Of a stretch of 64,000 bases of DNA, positions 18,036 to 27,510 are shown one piece after another. Both the position numbers and the translations under genes were made by a program. Source of the stretch: a virus (taxonomy: Duplodnaviria > Heunggongvirae > Uroviricota > Caudoviricetes); IMG/VR virus record IMGVR_UViG_3300029305_002265; one strand, 5' to 3'. Position 1 is the stretch's first letter; every line of letters begins with the position of its first letter. The notes under the pieces were generated by a model. It saw only the letters and a program-made list of their open reading frames with translations. It searched no databases and was not told the origin of the DNA.

Positions 18036-18550
18036 TGAGACGTGATATACAATATGTAGACGATGATATTATTCGCAAGAAACGTATCATTGAACAAATG
18101 CTTTATTCCGACCCTGATATTGTTGAGGTTATTAATGACCCCGATATCGACCCTTCTTGTCCCGAGGAATTATTATATAAGTCCATATGGCCTTTTATAC
18201 GAATCCCCGGCGTACAAGATAAATCCAAAAATTATATTACCTTTTCTATTAGCGATATGGGGCTGTCGCCACGAAATGAGGTAATGAAAAATCAATATAT
18301 TCAGTTTGTTATATTTGTCCATAAAGATTTAGCTAAAACTAATTTTGGTATGGCTAGGCATGACTGTTTGGGGTATCTGATTAGAGATATTTTCAATCTA
18401 TCTGACAAGTTGGGAGCACAATTAAATTTGGTGAGTAACGCTGAAGGTGCAACAGACACCGACTATCTGACTCGCACATTGAAGTTTGAGATTGTAGATA
18501 ATAACTCTACAAAGCCGTTGAGAACTAATCCTTATGAATATCGGAGGTAA
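18035..18550 (+). CDS. Probable tail terminator/completion protein
   Basis: 171 aa, translationally coupled (TAATG); position before tail genes. Confidence 0.5.
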   Translation: MRRDIQYVDDDIIRKKRIIEQMLYSDPDIVEVINDPDIDPSCPEELLYKSIWPFIRIPGVQDKSKNYITFSISDMGLSPRNEVMKNQYIQFVIFVHKDLAKTNFGMARHDCLGYLIRDIFNLSDKLGAQLNLVSNAEGATDTDYLTRTLKFEIVDNNSTKPLRTNPYEYRR

Positions 18551-18553
18551 GTT

Positions 18554-19348
18554 ATGGAAGGCTTCCAAGTAGACGAACTTAAGCTTTATATGTCTGAGGA
18601 TATAAAAATCGCAAATGGTATTGTGTTAAAGTGTCCCAAAGTTCGAGATGTCGCCGAGTTTGGCGAAAGCGCTTATTTTTCTATGGCGCAACAACTTTGT
18701 GCTACACCTAGTAGTATGATGGTACAATTAGATGACATGAAACTCAACTATATGAAGGTTAAAGACTTTGAACTCTTTATGATGCTTTGTCAAACCTTCA
18801 AGCCGGAAGCAACACATCTTCTTCTTGGAGATTTAGATTTAACTAAATTTAAACCCCGTCCATATGGACAGACAGAAGAGGTTGTATTGGTGTATGAGGG
18901 CACCGAGAACGATGAAAATCCCATTGTGATTACGCCGATTATACACGAAGTATTGACCACATATATTCGTAAGATGCACAACTTCAAGAAAGAGGTCAAA
19001 AAGGCTGGTAACGAGATTACTCGTAAGCAGTTGATTCGTTTGGCTCGTCAAGATGCCGCAATGGCAAAGAACAAGCCATATGAGTCTTTCTTGAGACCTG
19101 TGATTTCTGCGGTTAAGTGTAGACAAGGATATTCTATGGATTATATTCGTGAAATGGGGATATTTGAACTTATGGATGATTTGTCGAGGCTCAATGTAAT
19201 AGTTCAGGCAGATGCCGCATTAGGTGGTATGTATTCTGGATTTGTGGATACCAAGAAAATGGACAAGACAGTTCTTAATTGGACTAGAAATATAACAGAC
19301 GATGAAAATAATAAAGGCAAGGCAATTGCCGATGGTGTGGTTAGATAA
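18554..19348 (+). CDS. Hypothetical tail-module protein
   Basis: 264 aa, GGAGG RBS. Confidence 0.75.
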   Translation: MEGFQVDELKLYMSEDIKIANGIVLKCPKVRDVAEFGESAYFSMAQQLCATPSSMMVQLDDMKLNYMKVKDFELFMMLCQTFKPEATHLLLGDLDLTKFKPRPYGQTEEVVLVYEGTENDENPIVITPIIHEVLTTYIRKMHNFKKEVKKAGNEITRKQLIRLARQDAAMAKNKPYESFLRPVISAVKCRQGYSMDYIREMGIFELMDDLSRLNVIVQADAALGGMYSGFVDTKKMDKTVLNWTRNITDDENNKGKAIADGVVR

Positions 19349-19360
19349 TCACACCTTTCT
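19334..19360 (+). terminator. Possible intrinsic terminator
   Basis: GGTGTGGTT/AATCACACC stem followed by TTTCT. Confidence 0.5.
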
Positions 19361-19416
19361 AATTTGAGTTATTAAAATTATAATATAAAAATTTTTATTA
19401 AATGGAGGAAAATATT

Positions 19417-19432
19417 ATGGCACTAGCACGGT
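19417..19432 (+). CDS. Putative exon 1 of the major tail protein gene (MALAR plus one T)
   Basis: Strong GGAGG RBS 8 nt upstream of ATG; ends at the U of a P1 U:G pair (CGGT/GCCG). Confidence 0.5.
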
Positions 19433-19835
19433 TAATTATGTTAGCCGCTAATAATGCCCATATATAGTAATATGTATGATAAAATAACCCATTGAATTGC
19501 TGGAACACCCTAAAGTCTATTTAACTACAGCATAAGGATGAAATACGCCTAAGTGCGAATGTGACGAAAGTAGAAAAAATAAATAGAATGACATATGGTT
19601 AAATCCTAAGTGTTATATAATGGGCAATCAGCATCTAAGACTCGAATAGAGTAAAGTTCAACGATCAGAGAGGAATCTCGTAGGTGACAAGTAGTCAATG
19701 TTGCCGAAGTGGTGGGAATCCTACACAGAGGATTATGATATGATCTGCACTCGTGCGAAAGCGCGAGGCTAGTTTATAGCGATATTGTGGACTGACAATC
19801 CAAAATTTAAGTGTTATAAAAATAAGTTATACAAT

Positions 19836-19846
19836 ACAAAATGATT
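19836..19846 (+). promoter_or_regulatory. ACAAAATGATT motif copy upstream of intron endonuclease
   Basis: Exact 11-mer just before the AAGGAGG RBS of the GIY-YIG ORF. Confidence 0.5.
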
Positions 19847-19864
19847 ATAAAGGAGGTGGACAAG

Positions 19865-20647
19865 ATGAGGGCTATATGTGGAATTTATTGCATAGAAAAT
19901 TTAGTAAATCACAAAAAATACATAGGACAATCAATAGACATACAGAATAGATGGAAAGACCATAGACGAGAATTAGATGGGAATAGACATCGTAACGAGC
20001 ATCTTCAGAGGGCGTGGAATAAGTATGAAGAACATAATTTTTATTTTTACATAGTTGAAGAATGTGAAACGTCTTTATTGAATGAACGAGAGATTTATTA
20101 CATTGATTATTTTAACTGCTTAAATAACAAATATAGTTATAATCTTGAATTGGGTGGTAATGCTAATAAAATTCTTTCTTCTGAGACAAGAGAAAAAATG
20201 TCTGAATCTGCAAAGGCGAGAAGTTATGGAGCCAATAATTCAAATGCGCGTCCCGTGTATTGTCCACAACTTGATATGATATTTGGCTGCATTGCCGATG
20301 TTGAGAGAGAAGGATATGCTTGCGCTTCAAGTGTTAGACTTTGTTTGAGGGGCAAGAGCAATACCGCCGGGAAGCATCCAATCACTGGAGAGAAACTAAC
20401 TTGGTGTGATGCGAAAGATACTAAGAGGGTTGTACCTAAAGAAAGAAAATATGATCAGCATGGTGCGATATATTGCATTGAGTTAGACAGAATATTTGAT
20501 GGTGGTCCATCTCAGGTCGACAGAGAGGGTGTTGCAAGTAGAACTTGCGTTGCGAGATGTTTAAAGGGTGAGCGCCAATCTGCTGGCAAACATCCTATTA
20601 CTGGTGAAAAACTTCACTGGGCCATTTTAGAAAATAGTAACACTTAA
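19865..20647 (+). CDS. GIY-YIG homing endonuclease with NUMOD3 and two NUMOD1-like repeats
   Basis: GIYCIENLVNHKKYIGQS...RWKDH...EREIYYI...YN; LSSETREKMS; two AGKHPITGEKLxW repeats. Confidence 0.93.
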   Translation: MRAICGIYCIENLVNHKKYIGQSIDIQNRWKDHRRELDGNRHRNEHLQRAWNKYEEHNFYFYIVEECETSLLNEREIYYIDYFNCLNNKYSYNLELGGNANKILSSETREKMSESAKARSYGANNSNARPVYCPQLDMIFGCIADVEREGYACASSVRLCLRGKSNTAGKHPITGEKLTWCDAKDTKRVVPKERKYDQHGAIYCIELDRIFDGGPSQVDREGVASRTCVARCLKGERQSAGKHPITGEKLHWAILENSNT

Positions 20648-20662
20648 ATTATATTAAACATA

Positions 20663-21424
20663 ATGGAGTACGCTTTTGATAGAGCGATTTCCGTCGCTGG
20701 TACTTATGTAGGTGCTAACGCTGCTAAAAACATTGAAGCTGGCCAGCTTGCTTTCTGGGCAGAGCAGATCACCGAGCCTACACTTAACTTTACTTCTGAA
20801 ACCGAAGAGATCATGGACGCACGTAACAACGTCGTAATGGTTCTTCAGAACGGTAGAGGTGCTACTTTCGGTGCTTCTAACGCATTCTTCAATACTTCTA
20901 TCCTTGCTGCACAGGTTGGTACCGCAGTTAAGGATTCTACTGGTGCAACTATCTCCAAGTTCGAGATGGTTACCGCCAATGACGAAGGTACAGCAAACAT
21001 CACCTACGAGCCCGTTGGTGATTGTGTTGTTTATGAGCTCAACACCGACGGTTCTTTCAAGACTGCTACCGCATCTGAGACTGTAAAGGTTGAAGCTAAG
21101 GCACTTACTGGTGGTACTAAGGGAGCTAAGTATCTTGTTGTTTACGATATCGAGGCTCCTGCAGGTGAGAGAATTACTGCTCTTGCTGACGCAGAGAACG
21201 AGCTTCTTGACGTTACCGCAGAGGTTCTTCTTCGTGACCTTTGCTCTCAGGAAATCTACTTCGCATTCCTCTTCATGAGAGGTAAACTTTCTGGTGAGGC
21301 TGAGTGGGGTATGGCAAGAGACGGTGCTCATGCGTTTGAGATTACCGCAATGCCTGCTTACTGCGACGTAGAGAAGCAGCTTGTAGACATCGTTATCGTT
21401 AAGGACGAGACTCTTAGAGCTTAA
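20663..21424 (+). CDS. Major tail (tube) protein, main exon
   Basis: 253 aa, highly biased codons like the capsid gene, followed by a terminator. No SD sequence before ATG 20663. Confidence 0.75.
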   Translation: MEYAFDRAISVAGTYVGANAAKNIEAGQLAFWAEQITEPTLNFTSETEEIMDARNNVVMVLQNGRGATFGASNAFFNTSILAAQVGTAVKDSTGATISKFEMVTANDEGTANITYEPVGDCVVYELNTDGSFKTATASETVKVEAKALTGGTKGAKYLVVYDIEAPAGERITALADAENELLDVTAEVLLRDLCSQEIYFAFLFMRGKLSGEAEWGMARDGAHAFEITAMPAYCDVEKQLVDIVIVKDETLRA

Positions 21425-21439
21425 TTAAGCAACTTGTTT

Positions 21440-21466
21440 GAGGGGAGGCAACTCCCCTCTTACTTT
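21440..21466 (+). terminator. Intrinsic terminator
   Basis: GAGGGGAG-GCAA-CTCCCCTC followed by TTACTTT. Confidence 0.75.
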
Positions 21467-21481
21467 AATTAGGAGGCACAT

Positions 21482-21673
21482 ATGGATATCCATGTATGCA
21501 AACAATGCGGACTACGCTTCGCTTATTGCAGGGCGTGCGTCTTCAAACCAATTTATTATAAAGATTTAGGATTCTGTAGCAAAGATTGCTATACAGAATC
21601 AAAAAAAGAAATTATCCCAGCAGAGGATGTAGAAGTAGTTATAACTGATAGGGATATCTCTACATCTGAATAA
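21482..21673 (+). CDS. Small Cys-rich zinc-binding protein
   Basis: CKQC...CRAC...CSKDC; GGAGG RBS. Confidence 0.75.
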   Translation: MDIHVCKQCGLRFAYCRACVFKPIYYKDLGFCSKDCYTESKKEIIPAEDVEVVITDRDISTSE

Positions 21674-21699
21674 GATTTAGTATGATATCCCTATTTTTT
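21648..21699 (+). terminator. Long-stem hairpin, possible terminator
   Basis: ATAGGGATATC/GATATCCCTAT followed by a T run. Confidence 0.55.
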
Positions 21700-21725
21700 A
21701 CGCTGATAAAAAGGAGAAAATTAAA

Positions 21726-21947
21726 ATGATTACGTCTAAAATTACGGGCAAATCATACAGTCCGAGTGATGCAGTATATCTAACAAACCCAATTCAGTGC
21801 CAAAGATATTTTAAATTTCTTGGTGATGATGCCTTTTTAGATATATTGTATACCTCTGAAAAGAGAGAGGATGCACTTGTCTTTGTATGGAAGAAATGCC
21901 CAGAAACAAGAGAAGCAAAACAAAGATGGGATAATCACGAGTTGTGA
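21726..21947 (+). CDS. Small hypothetical protein
   Basis: 73 aa, AAAGGAG RBS. Confidence 0.75.
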   Translation: MITSKITGKSYSPSDAVYLTNPIQCQRYFKFLGDDAFLDILYTSEKREDALVFVWKKCPETREAKQRWDNHEL

Positions 21948-21988
21948 TTCCTATAAACTTTAATAACAAAGAAAGGAGTTGATGCGAC

Positions 21989-22510
21989 GTGCAGATTTTT
22001 GTATTTAACTGCGCGAATTCTCGTTTGAGAAGATACTCTTCAGGTTTAATTTACGCTAACTCCTATCCAAATACCGTATTCAAATTCAACTTCAACACAC
22101 CCGACTGGGATTTAGTACCTACCAAGACTGCTGTTTTCAGTTATCGCGGCAAGAACCACCCCGAGCCTCTTGATGAAAACAATATGTGTAAAGTGCCCAA
22201 AGAGGTGCTTCACGAGGGTTATTTCTTGGTGTCTATTCAAGGTGGAAACACTCCCACGAACAATGTGCGTGTGCCTGTGACACCAATTCCCGAAGAACTT
22301 GTACCAGACATTCCTGGCTCTGGTGGAGATTGCGATTGTGGTCCAAGTATGGTTTATGTACCTGCAATTGATGACAACAAGATTCTTTCCTGGACAGTTC
22401 AAGAGGCAACGGAAGATATGCCTGTTCCCGAGCCCGTTGATTTAAACTTGGCGGATGATTGGGTTGAAGACGAAACTGAAAGCGAATATGAATGGGAGGA
22501 GGACATATAA
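21989..22510 (+). CDS. BppU-N-like baseplate/fibre anchoring protein
   Basis: F.F....W....KTAVF...C.VP.EVL..G.F.V pattern; acidic C-terminus. Confidence 0.55.
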   Translation: MQIFVFNCANSRLRRYSSGLIYANSYPNTVFKFNFNTPDWDLVPTKTAVFSYRGKNHPEPLDENNMCKVPKEVLHEGYFLVSIQGGNTPTNNVRVPVTPIPEELVPDIPGSGGDCDCGPSMVYVPAIDDNKILSWTVQEATEDMPVPEPVDLNLADDWVEDETESEYEWEEDI

Positions 22511-23154
22511 TGGCTAATGTACGTTTTATAAGGACAACAAAAGAGAGACATCTTAGACGTGATACATACGACCCTAATGCCCTCTATTTTTGCGAGGATA
22601 CGCAAGAGATTTATAAGGGTCAATATCCTTACACGGAAGGTGTCAAAGTAATACCAACTAAGGCCGACTTACCCTCGTGCCCTTGTGCGGCAGATGGTGT
22701 TGTATATTTTGTAGCAGAGACTAAAAGCGGCTATATGATGTCACCTGATAGAACCGAGTGGCTTCAAACGATTTATGCTCCCGTAACTGACGCCTATACG
22801 ATTCCCGAGAGCGAAATGTATAGTACCGTTACAACTGTTGGAGCAGTAAGAGATATTGAAAAGAAAATTTATGCTCATATTGATGAGGAAATTGCCAGTG
22901 TTGAGGCTGGTGACGGAGTTGATTCTATTAGTTTTGCAGGTGTAACAATGACCGAAGCCGATGGAGTTTTTAGCATAGACCAAACAAGCGCACGACAGGC
23001 GCTTGGTATTAGTGTACCAGAGGGTACGGAGGGCGAAGATGTTGTTATTGCAACAGAAGCATCTGTAAATGCTATGTCTGAGGAGTTAAAGGCATATGTA
23101 GATCAACAGATTATCACTGGTGGTACAGGAACAATGGATTATGGGGAGATTTAA
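22510..23154 (+). CDS. Hypothetical fibre-module protein
   Basis: Coupled start ATG 22510 (MANVRF...ALYFCEDTQEIYKG). Confidence 0.7.
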   Translation: MANVRFIRTTKERHLRRDTYDPNALYFCEDTQEIYKGQYPYTEGVKVIPTKADLPSCPCAADGVVYFVAETKSGYMMSPDRTEWLQTIYAPVTDAYTIPESEMYSTVTTVGAVRDIEKKIYAHIDEEIASVEAGDGVDSISFAGVTMTEADGVFSIDQTSARQALGISVPEGTEGEDVVIATEASVNAMSEELKAYVDQQIITGGTGTMDYGEI

Positions 23155-23157
23155 GAT

Positions 23158-23514
23158 ATGGCGACATTACAATTAAAAAGAGGTACTGCCGCTCGTTGGA
23201 AAGAGCTCAATTTAGTATTGGCGGCAGGTGAACCTGGTTTCGTCATAGACGAAAATCGGCTCAAAATTGGCGACGGTAGTACCACATGGAATGACCTTCC
23301 ATATATAGGTGAGGCGTGCGTTGTCAACGCACAAACGCATTATGACTTTCCTTCTATAGGTAGGGAAGATGTAATTTATAAGGCTGAATCTGAGAAATTA
23401 CTCTATCAATGGAATACGGCCGACCTTAAATATGAGGTCGTTGGTAAAGTTGATTCAAGTGGAGATCTGGAAAGCATTGAAGTTATTAATGGCGGAAGCG
23501 CCAATAATGAATAA
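23158..23514 (+). CDS. Mtd_N/hyaluronidase-N-like domain protein
   Basis: LQLKRGTAARW...LAAGEPGF...RLKIGDGSTTWNDLPY. Confidence 0.8.
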   Translation: MATLQLKRGTAARWKELNLVLAAGEPGFVIDENRLKIGDGSTTWNDLPYIGEACVVNAQTHYDFPSIGREDVIYKAESEKLLYQWNTADLKYEVVGKVDSSGDLESIEVINGGSANNE

Positions 23515-23541
23515 ATAATATTTTAAAGGAGAGAAACAATT

Positions 23542-24900
23542 ATGGCGAACACTTTGAATACGCGCATCATTTTGCGCAACGACAGTTTTAACAATTGGGA
23601 AGCTGTCAAGGACACGGTCATTCTTCTCAAGGGTGAAATGGGCATTGAGTTTAATCCCGATGCCACATCTGATGGTAAGAAAGTGCGTGTCAAAATTGGC
23701 GACGGTGTAACCACATGGGCCAACCTTCCCTATTTCGGTGGCGAGGAAGCTCACGTTTATGAGGCAACCGTTGCTAAGGACGGAGATCACATCGCTGCTA
23801 TTACTACTGCACTTGATGGTGCAGAACCCAATTCTCACGATGTTGCTATTGTTAAGGAGGCAATTATCGCAGAGGATCTTTTGAGTGAGACTGTTACTCA
23901 GAAATATGAACACACCGCTTATCGTTGGAATGGCACTGAGTGGGTTGCTTTCAGCGGTAACTATAGCGCTAAGAATGTTATTTTCGATGAGGACTTTACC
24001 TTCACAACCAAGATTGGTACCGTACAGACTCTTACAAATGGTAGTACTACAGTTGCTGCCGCAGGTAAGAGCGTTAAGGATTTCTTTGCGGGCATTTTTG
24101 CAGAAGAAAAGAATCCTTCCAGAACAGCTAATGCTTATGTTTCTTGGACCACTGAGCCCAAGGGCACTGTTGAGGTTGGTTCTGAGGTAACCCCCACTTA
24201 TAACGCAAAGCTTAATGCGGGTTCTTATACTTATGGCCCTGCTACTGGCATTACCGCTAAGTCTTGGGTTGTTGATATCGCTGACCTTACAGACGAAAAC
24301 AAGACTACTAACTCTGGCACATTCTCTAAGTTTACCGCTACTGACGGTATGAGCGGATATGCTAAGATTACTGCTACTGCATCTTACGACGATGGTGCAA
24401 TTCCTGTTACTAACATCGGTAACCAGTACGACGCAGATGGTAATAAGAATATAAGAATTATGGCCGGCTCCAAGTCCGCTACTTCTGCAGGCTATACCTC
24501 TTATCGTACTTGGTTCTATGGTTATAGATCTGGTGCTAATAAGCTTGTTATTGCAGACCTTGATTCTGACGCTATTCGTCAGGATAGCACTGCTGTTGCA
24601 AATCGTATTTTCACAAGAGCAAACGGCTCCTTCACCACTTCTATGGCTACCACTGATATGCAGCAGATGTTCTTCATGGCTCCTGCTGGTAAGGTTGCAT
24701 CCGTTGGTGTTGCTCACTCTGTAAATGGTGCACCTCAGACTGTAAAAAAGACCACTGTTTATATTAAGGGTGCGAACAACTATTGTGCCAACGAGACCGA
24801 GACCACTAACGGCGGTATGGCATATGATTTGTTCTATGTTAGCAACGACAACCCCAACAGCGGTGACGCTACTTACACTATTACTACAACTATGGCTTAA
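23542..24900 (+). CDS. Fibre/virion protein with Mtd_N-like N-terminus
   Basis: TRIILRND...W...LLKGEMG...KIGDGVTTWANLPY; Thr/Ala/Gly-rich beta region. Confidence 0.75.
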   Translation: MANTLNTRIILRNDSFNNWEAVKDTVILLKGEMGIEFNPDATSDGKKVRVKIGDGVTTWANLPYFGGEEAHVYEATVAKDGDHIAAITTALDGAEPNSHDVAIVKEAIIAEDLLSETVTQKYEHTAYRWNGTEWVAFSGNYSAKNVIFDEDFTFTTKIGTVQTLTNGSTTVAAAGKSVKDFFAGIFAEEKNPSRTANAYVSWTTEPKGTVEVGSEVTPTYNAKLNAGSYTYGPATGITAKSWVVDIADLTDENKTTNSGTFSKFTATDGMSGYAKITATASYDDGAIPVTNIGNQYDADGNKNIRIMAGSKSATSAGYTSYRTWFYGYRSGANKLVIADLDSDAIRQDSTAVANRIFTRANGSFTTSMATTDMQQMFFMAPAGKVASVGVAHSVNGAPQTVKKTTVYIKGANNYCANETETTNGGMAYDLFYVSNDNPNSGDATYTITTTMA

Positions 24901-24917
24901 TGAGGAGGTAAAATGCA

Positions 24918-27428
24918 ATGGCTGTTAAAGACTTTTTTGATAATTTAAATGGCGGCGCAAGATGGGACGTCGGTGTATCGATAAACCGTTCTAACTCTCT
25001 TCCTCTTGACGCCAACTCTGTATTTGCTTCTCTTGAGGCTGCGCAGAATTATGCGGCGGGCAATCCTGCCGAGGGCACTCTTGCGAATGCATATCCTGGT
25101 CAGGTACTTGCAGTTGTAACTGATGCCGAAACTATTATTTATTATATTGATGCTAATATGACCCTTCAGCCTGTTGGTAATACCAAGGATGTAATGGCTT
25201 ATATTGGCAATATTCCCGAAGGCTCTGATGCTGCAACCATCGTTGAATACATCAATAAGAAGACCGAAGGTATTGCTACTGATGCTGCGCTTGGCGAACT
25301 TCAGAGATCTGTTGATGCGGTTGAAGCTATTGTTGGTGATGAGGAGGCTGGCCTTGTAAAGACCTCTGCAGACCACACTGCTGCTATTGAAAACCTTGAG
25401 GCAAAGACAAATTATTACATTGGCGAATGGTTTGATGAACTCGAATATAGCACATCTGACAACACATATTATGAGGTTTACACGCCTTCTGCGGCAGTTG
25501 ATGGCGACTCTTATTGGATTCGAAATGAATATTTTGATTTGCCAGTTGTAACAATTGCTCCTTCTGCGTTCGAGGGCGATGTAGAGGTGAAGCGCATTAG
25601 ACTTCCTGAGAGTATTACATCTATCGGATCTGGCGCATTTACTGACTGTACTTCGCTTACAGATATATATTACGAGGGAACCGAGGAACAGTGGGCCCAG
25701 ATTTATATTGGTGGCGGAAACGAAGCTTTCGAGAACGCTACTGTACACTATAATTACGACCTTCCTACATATGAGCAGCTTTGCGATGAAATTGGAGTTC
25801 TCAACGGTGACGATAATGTAGAGGGTTCGGTTGCCAAGGCCGTTAAGGATGCCGTAGATGCTCTTGATTATTCTAAGGTTGAGAATGTTGGCGACGGCAA
25901 AATTAAGATTGATGGCGAAGAGGTAGTTGTTTATGCTCACCCCGAGAAGCATGCTATTGCTGATGTAGAGGGTCTTCAGGACGCTCTTGATAAGGTTCTT
26001 GAGGATGCCCAGCAGTATGCTGACGATAACGACGCAAATACTACCTATACTCTTGGTTACGAGAGCAAGGTTGATGGCGAAGGCGGACATCCCGCTCGTA
26101 TCGTTTTGACTCCTTCTAATGGCGATGCTCAGTATGTTGATGCAACTCCTTTCATTAAGGATGGTATGATTGAGAAGGTTGAGCTTTCTGATGATGGCCT
26201 TAAGATCGTTATCACTTGGAATACCGATGCTGACAAGGGTGAAAATAATGTAACTGAGATTCCTCTTGGCGACCTCGTAGATGTTTATACTGGTGTTGAT
26301 GGCACTACTGTTAAGGTTGAAGTTTCCAATAAGAACGAGATTAGTGCGGAAGTAAAGACTGGTTCTATCAAGGACGGTCACATCGCTTCTGATGCCGCTA
26401 TCGCTAAGGGCAAACTTGCAGATGACGTTCAGGCTTCTCTTGACCTTGCAGACTCTGCGCTTCAGGGTGTAGACGGCGAGAATGCTATCGATGTAAATAT
26501 TACCGATAAAAACGCAAAGGTTACTCTTAAGATTAACGAGGCCGAGGCTGGCAATGTTGTGCTTACTCAGGATGCAAATGGTTTGAAGGCAAATGTTGAC
26601 CTTAGCGACTATGCTCTTAGTGACGATCTTCATAACCATGCAAACAAGAATCTTCTTGATACTTATGACCAGACTAATGCAGATATTAAGGATGCAGTAG
26701 ACAAGAGACACGAGCACGACAATAAGACTCTTCTTGATGCTATTACTGACGAGAGAGTTGCTAAGTGGGATGCAGCTGAGAAGAACATCTTTGATGTTGT
26801 TGATACCGACTATTTCGAAATTGCTCTCGCTGATGATGATCTTAATGAGCTTACTCTTAAGGATATTGATGAGAGTAAGATTTCTGGCTTAACCAATAAG
26901 GCTGGTGAGACTGCTACTCTTGCAGAAGTTCTTGCTGAGAAGGTTGATAAGGTAGAGGGCTCTCGTCTTATCACTGCTGACGAGGCTTCTAAGTTAGAAA
27001 AGCTCGTTCTTGGTGAAAATGGTGAAGTTACCGTCTCTGGTAAGGTTGCTGCGGGTAATGTAGATGGTCTCGATGCTTGGATTACTGCACGCGCAGGTAC
27101 CCTTAAGGGTCTTTCTGAGAATAATCTTACCGACACTCTTCTTGGCAAGCTCAATGGCATTGAGGCTGGTGCACAGGTTAACGTAATCGAGGGCATTACC
27201 TTCAATGGCGTTGCAATTCCTGTTGGCGAGGACAAGATTGCTGACATTACCTATACTCTTCCTATCGCTGATGCTGACACTCTTGGTGGTGTTAAGTCTT
27301 CTGAGGCTGAGAATGGCGTTAAGGTAAACAATGATGGTACTATGACCGTAAATGCTATCAATGTTAACAAGCTTGTACAGACCACTGGTGAGTATTTGAT
27401 TATGAATGGCGGCGGAGCTGCTCTCTAA
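24918..27428 (+). CDS. Fibre-like protein with inserted BspA/LRR_5 module
   Basis: 836 aa; coiled-coil segments; internal IAPSAF...ITSIGSGAFTDCTSLTDIYY; C-terminal LPIADADTLGGVKSS. Confidence 0.75.
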   Translation: MAVKDFFDNLNGGARWDVGVSINRSNSLPLDANSVFASLEAAQNYAAGNPAEGTLANAYPGQVLAVVTDAETIIYYIDANMTLQPVGNTKDVMAYIGNIPEGSDAATIVEYINKKTEGIATDAALGELQRSVDAVEAIVGDEEAGLVKTSADHTAAIENLEAKTNYYIGEWFDELEYSTSDNTYYEVYTPSAAVDGDSYWIRNEYFDLPVVTIAPSAFEGDVEVKRIRLPESITSIGSGAFTDCTSLTDIYYEGTEEQWAQIYIGGGNEAFENATVHYNYDLPTYEQLCDEIGVLNGDDNVEGSVAKAVKDAVDALDYSKVENVGDGKIKIDGEEVVVYAHPEKHAIADVEGLQDALDKVLEDAQQYADDNDANTTYTLGYESKVDGEGGHPARIVLTPSNGDAQYVDATPFIKDGMIEKVELSDDGLKIVITWNTDADKGENNVTEIPLGDLVDVYTGVDGTTVKVEVSNKNEISAEVKTGSIKDGHIASDAAIAKGKLADDVQASLDLADSALQGVDGENAIDVNITDKNAKVTLKINEAEAGNVVLTQDANGLKANVDLSDYALSDDLHNHANKNLLDTYDQTNADIKDAVDKRHEHDNKTLLDAITDERVAKWDAAEKNIFDVVDTDYFEIALADDDLNELTLKDIDESKISGLTNKAGETATLAEVLAEKVDKVEGSRLITADEASKLEKLVLGENGEVTVSGKVAAGNVDGLDAWITARAGTLKGLSENNLTDTLLGKLNGIEAGAQVNVIEGITFNGVAIPVGEDKIADITYTLPIADADTLGGVKSSEAENGVKVNNDGTMTVNAINVNKLVQTTGEYLIMNGGGAAL
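26139..26465 (+). repeat. Copy 1 of a ~110-codon module shared with 28348..28674
   Basis: DATPFIKDGMIE...TWNTDADKGENN...VKTGSIKDGHIASDAAIAKGKLA...ADSALQ. Confidence 0.85.
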
Positions 27429-27445
27429 TACCATATAAAATAACT

Positions 27446-27479
27446 AAGGGGTAGTGTGTTTTTCATACTACCTCTTTTT
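27446..27479 (+). terminator. Intrinsic terminator
   Basis: AAGGGGTAGTGTG/CATACTACCTCTT stem plus T run. Confidence 0.75.
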
Positions 27480-27510
27480 ATAAATATTTAATTAAAGGAG
27501 ATATATAATT

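Larger units (their letters stand above)
19433..20665 (+). mobile_element. Group I intron (IA-like) carrying a GIY-YIG homing endonuclease; 3' end uncertain (20665 or 20666)
   Basis: P1 CGGTTAA/TTAGCCG; P3 CCCATT/GGTGGG; P4 AATTGCTGG/TCAGCA; P7 GATCA(19663)/TGATC(19741); P8 AATCCT/AGGATT; P9 CTCGTGC-GAAA-GCGCGAG. Begins TAATT and ends AACATAATG, like the T4 td intron as recalled. Confidence 0.9.

Noticed and set aside
19432-20657. IStron or transposon with a TTAA target duplication (19432-19435 and 20654-20657)
   Set aside because: Cargo is a GIY-YIG endonuclease with no TnpA, TnpB or transposase; a TTAA match is expected by chance in AT-rich DNA.
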